Part shown: piece by piece, positions 58,901 to 64,000 of the stretch
Position numbering within the stretch: position 1 is the stretch's first letter
Layout of the letters: the number at the start of each line of letters is the position of its first letter
IMG/VR virus record: IMGVR_UViG_3300010885_003339
DNA length: 64,000 nt
Direction: 5' to 3' (one strand)
Source: an uncultured virus (IMG/VR IMGVR_UViG_3300010885_003339)
Taxonomy: Duplodnaviria; Heunggongvirae; Uroviricota; Caudoviricetes
Notes under the pieces: model-generated
What the model saw: the letters and a program-made list of their open reading frames with translations, nothing else
Database searches by the model: none
Told to the model about the DNA's origin: nothing
Translations under genes and position numbers: made by a program

Positions 58901-59619
58901 TTGTTAAGACAAATATAAAATATGAAATGAGAACATATGCTAACGGTTCAACCTCAGTAGGCAGCTATAATTATATCAGCCCTTCTGATACAACATATCT
59001 CTCTGATGAAAGGTCACTCTATAGCAGAACAAATGAATTGATCAATATTGGTGGTAACAAGTCAAACCAAATCAGAGTGACTCTTATCACAAACTCTGAA
59101 TATGTTTCACCCGTATATGACCTAGATACTTCACATACAATTTTCTTAGATAGTCAGATTAACTCAGACTACTCAGGTGAAGATGGAAAATCTGGTGGTA
59201 ATGCCATCAATAAATACATCTCACAGATTGTAACTCTTGCTGATGGTCAAGATGCGGAAGACCTGAAGGTCTATCTGACAGCATATAGACCACCAAATAC
59301 AGATGTTAAGGTCTATGTCAAGTTGCTTCATGCAAGTGATACCGATCCTTTCGACCAGAAATACTGGATTGAAATGACCAAAAATGGTACTGGCGAGTCA
59401 TTATATTCATCTATCTCCGATAGAAATAACTTCAGAGAGTTTGTATATAACTTACCAACCTCAGTAATGGTCGGACCTGATGGGCAATCTCAATATACTA
59501 GCAATGGTATAGCGTTTAACGGCTACAAACAGTTCGCTGTTAAAGTTGTATTGCTTGGCGACAACTCAGCCGTCTATCCAAGAGTTGCTGATTTGAGATG
59601 TATCGCGGTACAGATGTAA
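52984..59619 (+). CDS. 2211-aa baseplate/tail structural protein (DUF4815/VrlC-like) with an embedded mini-intein
   Basis: NV.PYYDDY, PG..VQARELTQ.Q, APGADR, RTY.ESG.Y, RYTMRDIG.LE.RI.NLEYY, RFKNG. Confidence 0.8.
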   Translation: MVDPVLTAAQNASGNTTNLGNTGLTTNFNVTPYYDDYDPNDQYYRILYKPGFAVQARELTQMQSMLQSQIYRMGRHVFKDGTIVLPGGFRVRTNAGEKKGEPIDYVKIKTTNASNVSVNVNDLVGSTLTGATSNIKAYVIDVADSDGTTQNTKTVYVSYMSASSVDSNVRTFLAGETLTSANNGGAIVLDSDPVANTGYAGWFQIQEGVYFAKEHFIYFPTQSVVLDRYNPNPTCKVGFIVSEEIVNYNQDSNLLDPALEASNYSAPGADRFKLASTLSVLSIDDAAGLPDFVTLFTIKDGIMQISREKTDYNILGDAIAERTYNESGDYVVRGLNVQVQEHDRVESPVNNQGRYANGNNQLLIVNVDPGIGYVKGYQISNQDIVSIEVEKPTEYNNVASQITSTSMGQYLRVNEAVGSWQLDQGARVNFYDVVQKRITNNDVTTGQKWSVGAQTGNLIGSAVVNSVQYTGSGTLGYDAQYDIFLSDIKMIGANSTANIRSLYYDNTPHSDVGADVVGASNSTSNTTLRGLDQAALLYYVGSNSVKTARDINGNPTTIYNFNRTDGIAAALTFSTSGTTTITLSGNTTSQIPYGTVASLSQADKTQDFLVTLNQTFNIGPLWSATITSNGTRYLTSANANFTRMNVGDKIELAGNPNTWYISAISDDNHIMVSNTVPSYASGNLAFKAYKTGDIINMSGKGVLVGTERNIAATPTSLAFDLKETFPSTVAATITYQIASKQSTEVAKILKPNRFVKINCSTAGTSGPFSLGFADVYRIRNVIKKTGSAPSSLSDGTNVTRYFTLDNGQKDTFYDIAKLKKFNGYTLGATDFLLIELDYFEPSFSGRAGFFTVDSYPIQDNDANSSNSTIRTENIPLYISPTTGQKYDLRNNIDFRPIKAATATDTTVVASATINPSSNSSTYSFGASGLKFPVPSTEVIYDYSYYLGRKDVVIGTKNNRFAVVKGASSATPLIPETSDNNMILAVINVPPYPTVSPTYGNNLGRRDLACSVQKASNRRYTMRDIGVLENRIKNLEYYTGLTMLEKDALNLKITDDAGNDRFKNGIFLDTFKDTSLSAKGANPDFRIVVDPNELSLVPLYVQESWKHEYLSGSTTGTAVAVNNNIITFAYTETSQFVQPKVTDHRLLERGTFLYRGALNILPNQDMWIDTTYAPDEIVKIEANNSGLSISVGNSANGWTDDKDAQVTKSLLNTDWESWKQHITGYKLYKGEGASKVLYGTYANEEEARDAAATWTTKQNQGSATLETLYYNDRIGTSYYANYSTDDAAGSYKMISSTKIPYIRPQTLYVIGVGLKPYSKVKVFFDGVSVSAYCRPLTYKQFAVLAAGYSPIVGEYYGSLGDPLIVDDIGRTFFEFHLTQDGPRFRTGERRLYVLDGDQIDPQQISAELDASTTASGIFVADGTAQTLQRTVYSTSGYERTYGPAYDRAKEESSYAVMPNTWTPPPKHGHCCFNPEAKVLMADKTWKAIQDIVEGEKVLGDNGQVNTVQKVNAPRIEDRKLIKFEGIDGTTFFSTDDHLFMTDKGWKTWDIEAVKKSYDDGFKIDYVFLENDNKTCSIDHNDKLKVIKPETLSYDFVPYEGEIGMHGYTSEDLVYDLTLDGNMTYIVEGYVVHNCCVAYVVFIKAPDEEEGIFVTSMDVFIHSKSTTRGLWFEIREVDKGGGITPTTIPGSSVHYENADIVVSPNGKDSPMHVVFPRPVFLFKDTNYAFIVHSDSPSPLDVDPDTSIWISRLGETDINTGQKVSDRQATGTFYQTLNNRSWDLIDGLDLTCNIYRAVFPKDTTANFIIGNEPVEKFFMANASTSLSGKVGSWFTTGDTLTVTGANGTIALTDRVQGNTSVANANGNVVNVISATQFAVSKTRYQIGEKVNIYYSSNSTYKCSATVTAISNSSAKLSYYNESASSIYGEFKNSTGGFKVGSVISDMIEGTTYSAQVTTIDDYAYGAFSYEPTVLDFVKTNIKYEMRTYANGSTSVGSYNYISPSDTTYLSDERSLYSRTNELINIGGNKSNQIRVTLITNSEYVSPVYDLDTSHTIFLDSQINSDYSGEDGKSGGNAINKYISQIVTLADGQDAEDLKVYLTAYRPPNTDVKVYVKLLHASDTDPFDQKYWIEMTKNGTGESLYSSISDRNNFREFVYNLPTSVMVGPDGQSQYTSNGIAFNGYKQFAVKVVLLGDNSAVYPRVADLRCIAVQM
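57391..57879 (+). other. 163-aa mini-intein / Hint domain
   Basis: Block A CFNPEAKVLMAD, block B T.DH.F, blocks F/G VYDLTLDGNMTYIVEGYVVHN followed by Cys; no endonuclease. Confidence 0.85.
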
Positions 59620-59622
59620 GGT

Positions 59623-59826
59623 GTGATTATGAGTATTAAGACTGATGTTCCTGGTGTCTATAAAGATGGTGAGGGAGTTCTTATAAATAAAGATAACGAA
59701 GCCCTTCGCGCTTATAGACACCAGAAAATGCAACGAAATAAGTATGTTGAGATTGAAGAAGAGGTGAAGGTCATCAAAAGTGACCTTCACGAGATAAAAG
59801 AACTTCTAAAAGGATTGATAAAGTAA
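59623..59826 (+). CDS. Small conserved coiled-coil protein
   Basis: LIN.D..A...Y..IKSDL.EIKELL pattern. Confidence 0.65.
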   Translation: MIMSIKTDVPGVYKDGEGVLINKDNEALRAYRHQKMQRNKYVEIEEEVKVIKSDLHEIKELLKGLIK

Positions 59827-60471
59827 ATGGCAATCGCAAATGTAACGCTTAATGATACGTTCGATGAGTGGAGAACGAAAACTAACCAGCTTATCAATAT
59901 CTATGATGAGACAAATCTTCTTGCGAGATCGTCATACAATGCTACCAATCTGTCTGTTGCAACAGCGGCTAATATTGCGGCTAACATTCTCGTAACAAAC
60001 ACTATCTATACAAATATTATCTATACTGCTACGAATACAGCACTACCAATCGTTCTAACATCTAATACACTACTGATTGCTACGATTGGTTCTTATGTCA
60101 ATACAGCGGCTAACAACTTCCTATCTAACTCGAACCTAGGGCTTGCATGGCGTGGTGCCAATACCGCTCAGACAGTTGCTAATCTAGCATTTGATAAGGC
60201 CAACACCGCAGGTCTCATCGCTAACCTAGCCTATGACAAAGCTAACACAGGCGGAGGTGGTGGAGGTGGTGTTGGTGGTTACTTCGTAGGTAATGATGGT
60301 CGTGTTGGTGCGGCTAATACGGTCAATAACATCTTCACTATTACAACACCATATCTAAACACTAATGTATACTTCTCAACTGCTGAAAACTCATTCGCTG
60401 TTGGTCCTATCTATTTGAATGCGAATGCTTCAATCACAATCAATACTGGCGCCAGAGTCGTTATTATCTAA
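59827..60471 (+). CDS. Tail fibre-type structural protein
   Basis: DTFDEWR.KTN anchor motif, AFDKAN repeats, Gly linker, AVGPI C-terminal motif. Confidence 0.65.
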   Translation: MAIANVTLNDTFDEWRTKTNQLINIYDETNLLARSSYNATNLSVATAANIAANILVTNTIYTNIIYTATNTALPIVLTSNTLLIATIGSYVNTAANNFLSNSNLGLAWRGANTAQTVANLAFDKANTAGLIANLAYDKANTGGGGGGGVGGYFVGNDGRVGAANTVNNIFTITTPYLNTNVYFSTAENSFAVGPIYLNANASITINTGARVVII

Positions 60472-60488
60472 AGAGGTTATAGAAACAA

Positions 60489-61268
60489 ATGTCAATTTTA
60501 AGAGTAGATAGTTTACAACTCAATGCCGCAGGCAATGCTGGTGTTTCTATATCAAATACTTGGAATGTATCGATTAGTGCAGGCGGTCTAGAAGGTCTAG
60601 TTGTTCAGACAACTGGTGATGTTGTTGTTAATAACCGACTGATCATCAAAGCATCAGGTCTTAACTATGCTGTCAACACAGCTATCGAAAGCGCATTCAG
60701 CACAGCAAACACAGCACTATCTGTAGCCAGCAACTCTGGTGCAACTATTGCTATTGCGGCTTTTAACCAAGCAAACGTAGCATCTGCATCAAACCCTGTG
60801 GCGAATGCTGCATATACTCAAGCCAATGCGGCTTATGCTCAGGCTAACCTTGGCGGTAACAAACTCGGTGTTTCAGGTTTCTTCAACTTCAATGATGTTG
60901 AGCTTGGTGAAAACGTAAACATTTGGTCTAAGAACTTCACAGTAAGCATTGTATCAGCCAACAATGGTTCAGGTAACATCACAGCAAACGCTCATACATT
61001 TGTTGTCAATGATGTGGTTCAGTTCACCTCAACAGGCGGTACACCAGCTAACGTTAATACGAATGCTAACTACTACATCGTAACATCTACCTCCAATGTC
61101 ATTCAAGTGTCATCGACAAGAGCAGGTTCAACACTAAATCTACAGAACATTGGTTCAGGAACAATCGTAATCTACAAACCAGTCAATGCTTCTGCTGTAG
61201 GTCCAGTTTCACTCGCTAACGGATTTACTATCAATGTGGCCACTGGCTCCACACTAGCTGTATTGTAA
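60489..61268 (+). CDS. Tail fibre-associated structural protein
   Basis: AY.QAN repeats, beta-rich domain, AVGPV C-terminal motif shared with the upstream gene. Confidence 0.6.
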   Translation: MSILRVDSLQLNAAGNAGVSISNTWNVSISAGGLEGLVVQTTGDVVVNNRLIIKASGLNYAVNTAIESAFSTANTALSVASNSGATIAIAAFNQANVASASNPVANAAYTQANAAYAQANLGGNKLGVSGFFNFNDVELGENVNIWSKNFTVSIVSANNGSGNITANAHTFVVNDVVQFTSTGGTPANVNTNANYYIVTSTSNVIQVSSTRAGSTLNLQNIGSGTIVIYKPVNASAVGPVSLANGFTINVATGSTLAVL

Positions 61269-61277
61269 GAGGATTAA

Positions 61278-61670
61278 ATGAGTACCTTTAAAGTAGACGT
61301 ATTACAAAGCAGAAGTGGTGGAGCTACCACATTTACTGGTCAATATACAGCAAAAGCATGGGTAAACCTTAATGCTTCATCAGGAACACCTACCGCTCGT
61401 TCTAGTGGAAATGTTACCAGTTTAACCGATAATGGTGTTGGAGATTTTACTACAAATTTCACAAACGCACTTTCAAGCGCAAATTATTCTGTGTCAGGAT
61501 CTGCTAGTGTTTTTTCCGTTGGGGCTGGCGGGGCTACTGTTGTGGAAATATATGATGCGGCAGGAGGAGGGACTAACCCTACTACGACTACCCTTCGGAT
61601 TTATGTTCATCGTAGCGGTGTAAGTGCTGTAGACCAAACATATGTTTGTGTTAACATTATAGAAAATTAA
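61278..61670 (+). CDS. Tail fibre-associated protein (AKAWVN family)
   Basis: AKAWVN..SS.N.TS.TD.GVG..T.NFTNALS. Confidence 0.6.
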   Translation: MSTFKVDVLQSRSGGATTFTGQYTAKAWVNLNASSGTPTARSSGNVTSLTDNGVGDFTTNFTNALSSANYSVSGSASVFSVGAGGATVVEIYDAAGGGTNPTTTTLRIYVHRSGVSAVDQTYVCVNIIEN

Positions 61671-61679
61671 GGAACCGTT

Positions 61680-62069
61680 ATGTCTACATTCAAAGCAGAT
61701 TACATCATCGCAAGACAGGAAGAAATAGCTGGTAACACCAGCTCTATTCCAGTGAAAACCGTTGTCAATGGTACAGCAAAAGCATGGGTAAACTTTAACG
61801 GAACTGGTACGATTGCGATTAGATCGAGTTTCAATACTTCAAGTATTACAGATGGTGGTGTTGGTATATACACATCAAACTTCACAAACGCATTGAGTGA
61901 TGCTAACTTTTGCCCAAGTGGTTCTGCCGGAGTGCCAGCAGGGTCAATAGGACAATTTCAGACTTACTGGGTAGCACCCACCGCATCGACTTGTAGTGCT
62001 TCTAGTCGCAACAATGCCGGTTCGTTTGCGGATTTTGATTATGTTGCCTTGTTGATTATGTATCGCTAA
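61680..62069 (+). CDS. Tail fibre-associated protein, paralog of the upstream gene
   Basis: MSTFK start and AKAWVNF..NFTNALS shared with 61278..61670. Confidence 0.6.
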   Translation: MSTFKADYIIARQEEIAGNTSSIPVKTVVNGTAKAWVNFNGTGTIAIRSSFNTSSITDGGVGIYTSNFTNALSDANFCPSGSAGVPAGSIGQFQTYWVAPTASTCSASSRNNAGSFADFDYVALLIMYR

Positions 62070-62099
62070 TAAATATAAGAAAGATTCAGGAGTAAGTTA

Positions 62100-63737
62100 A
62101 TGTCAATTACAATTAGTGGTTCATCAGGTATCGTAGGTGCAAACGGAAGTGCAATCGCACCAGCCTTAACTGGTGGTGATTTTGATAGTGGCATTTTCTT
62201 TCCAAATCCAAATACAGTGGCCTTTTCAGCAGGTGGTACTGAAGTGTTTCGGGCGAATACTGGCGGGCTTTTTTCATCAACGACTGGTCTAATAGTTGGT
62301 GCCTCAACCAGTGTTATAGCCGATTATTTTAACGGTACAGGCTCTCAGACAGCATTCACACTTTCTGGAAATCCAGCAACTAAAAACAACACAAGCGTGT
62401 ATATTAGTGGCGTGTATCAGGCTAAGTCAACATACAGCCTAAGCACAACAACATTGACCTTCTCGACAGCACCTCCTTCTGGCACATCTAACATTGAGGT
62501 TGTGTGGAATCTACCGCTTTCTATTGGCACACCTAGCGATGGCACAATAACAGACGCAAAGATCAATTCTTCTAGTAAACTTTACAATCGAGTTAATGAT
62601 ATTATTAGCGTTAAAGATTACGGTGCTACGGGTGATGGAAGCACAGATGATTCTGTTGCTATTCAAAACGCTATTAACGCAGCCGCAAATAAATGCTTGC
62701 ACTTTCCTGCTGGAATTTATTTTTGTGGAACAGCATCGTTTTCAATTACATCGCCAATTGAAATTAAAGGTGTTGGCGGTCCAGCTTCATGTAAATTAGT
62801 CAGAAGTTCAAATTCTTTTGGCAATTCATTATTTTATGCAACTAATGTTACTGGCGTTAACATCCGTGATATATGGTGTCATTATTCAAATGCTGCAACT
62901 GTTGTAAGCGCAGATCATGCAGCCATTCAAACATACACTTGTAACAATGTTCTTATTGAAAACGTATGGGTTACTGGCCTTTGGTATGTTGGCATTGAAA
63001 TAAGCAATTGCACAAAATCTGTAGTCAATAAATGCTCAGTTCGCGGTGTCCATAATCGCGCAATATATTGCTACCAAGCCTGTAAAGACACTATTTTTTC
63101 CAATAACCATATAGATGGCGCAATTTATGGTGGTTCAACAAAGACAACAAGTTACGGAATAAATGTCAATCCAGCTTTAATAGGTACTATAAATAACATA
63201 GTAATATCAGATAATACAATTCGTAATACAGTTTCTCAAGGAATTTCTACTGCTGAACAAACTTATGGAATAACTATTGTTGGCAATTCAATATCTGATG
63301 TTGGCACTTCTCATGGTATTCTTGTGCAAAAAGCTAATGGTTTTTCTACTACTCAAGTAATAGTGGTTGGTAACAACGTAAGTGGATGTGGGCAATATGG
63401 AATTTATTTGACCGAAAGTTATTACGTTACTTGCACTGGAAACGTATCACAAGGAAACACATTAGCAGGAATAGCTGGTAATTTTATTCAAAATTCTGTA
63501 ATAAGCGGGAATATATTAGATGGTAATGGTGGAGATGGAATTTATTTAGGTAATAATTCTAATCGCAACATAGTTACTAGCAATATGTGTGTTGTGAATG
63601 TAGGTTATGGGTTAAAAATAGATGGAGCTACTAGTTTTTACACTAGATATAATGATAACTATTTTTACACAAACACTGCTGGATCAGTTTCCGATACAGG
63701 AACAGGTTCTAGTGCCGGAACAAATCTAACAGTTTAA
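62100..63737 (+). CDS. Tailspike / receptor-binding protein with pectate-lyase-like right-handed beta-helix
   Basis: SVKDYGATGDGSTDDSVAIQNAI..FPAG.Y followed by PbH1-like repeats; AATAAATA at 62068. Confidence 0.8.
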   Translation: MSITISGSSGIVGANGSAIAPALTGGDFDSGIFFPNPNTVAFSAGGTEVFRANTGGLFSSTTGLIVGASTSVIADYFNGTGSQTAFTLSGNPATKNNTSVYISGVYQAKSTYSLSTTTLTFSTAPPSGTSNIEVVWNLPLSIGTPSDGTITDAKINSSSKLYNRVNDIISVKDYGATGDGSTDDSVAIQNAINAAANKCLHFPAGIYFCGTASFSITSPIEIKGVGGPASCKLVRSSNSFGNSLFYATNVTGVNIRDIWCHYSNAATVVSADHAAIQTYTCNNVLIENVWVTGLWYVGIEISNCTKSVVNKCSVRGVHNRAIYCYQACKDTIFSNNHIDGAIYGGSTKTTSYGINVNPALIGTINNIVISDNTIRNTVSQGISTAEQTYGITIVGNSISDVGTSHGILVQKANGFSTTQVIVVGNNVSGCGQYGIYLTESYYVTCTGNVSQGNTLAGIAGNFIQNSVISGNILDGNGGDGIYLGNNSNRNIVTSNMCVVNVGYGLKIDGATSFYTRYNDNYFYTNTAGSVSDTGTGSSAGTNLTV

Positions 63738-63749
63738 AAGGAATATGCT

Positions 63750-64000
63750 ATGTTCGCTCTTGTAAAAGATCAAAAGATATTAGCGGTTGAGCATAGTGAA
63801 CTTGCTCTTGCCCCTGAGATAGAACTTCATGGCGGAAAAATACTTCCTGTAATTCAATTTGTTCCACCGACTGATCATATTGCAGATGGTTCTGCTTGGT
63901 ACGAATTATCAGGTGATACAGTCTATCAAAAAGCAAACTCAGTTTTTGCATTTTCCAATTATGCAGAAGCAAGAAAATTAGCATATCCCCCAATCACTGA
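63750..64000 (+). CDS. Partial ORF, possible tail fibre assembly protein
   Basis: Open to the window end; Y...R..AYP.I motif; RBS AAGGA. Confidence 0.45.
   Translation, partial: MFALVKDQKILAVEHSELALAPEIELHGGKILPVIQFVPPTDHIADGSAWYELSGDTVYQKANSVFAFSNYAEARKLAYPPIT

Noticed and set aside
1..64000. Many short antisense or nested ORFs in the supplied track
   Set aside because: They lie opposite or inside well-supported genes and show no motifs or RBS; treated as shadows.
1..64000. Stop-codon reassignment
   Set aside because: Conserved genes are full-length in the standard code and TAA, TGA and TAG all end genes.

Overview
A 64-kb segment of a T4-like (Tevenvirinae-like) myophage genome, densely coding in the standard genetic code. 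The host is most likely an alphaproteobacterium, inferred from the permuted alpha-type tmRNA, alpha-type YccA, a plcP-agt pair and CTTG..TATA promoters. Left to right: (1-8.7 kb) large low-complexity proteins punctuated by prohead-protease-type (I/L/V/M)-x-E sites, probably internal head cargo; (8.7-11 kb) a clustered lysis cassette; primase, class II ribonucleotide reductase and a capsid-targeted ADP-ribosyltransferase; (15.7-27 kb) small early genes behind repeated sigma70 promoters, plus RNase H, YccA and an unannotated ArfA-like peptide; (28-33 kb) phoH, a capsid-targeted SAM-lyase-like protein, a PlcP/Agt-like lipid-remodelling pair, an exonuclease, a two-piece tmRNA and an adjacent tRNA-like RNA; gp33, gp59, gp32; a minus-strand block (lysozyme+SGNH fusion, gp51, gp26, gp54-like, gp2, gp4); and the baseplate/tail region (gp48, gp53, split gp5, gp25, gp6, gp7, gp8, a 2211-aa protein with a mini-intein, fibre/spike genes). 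All homology calls come from motif recognition by eye; no searches were run.
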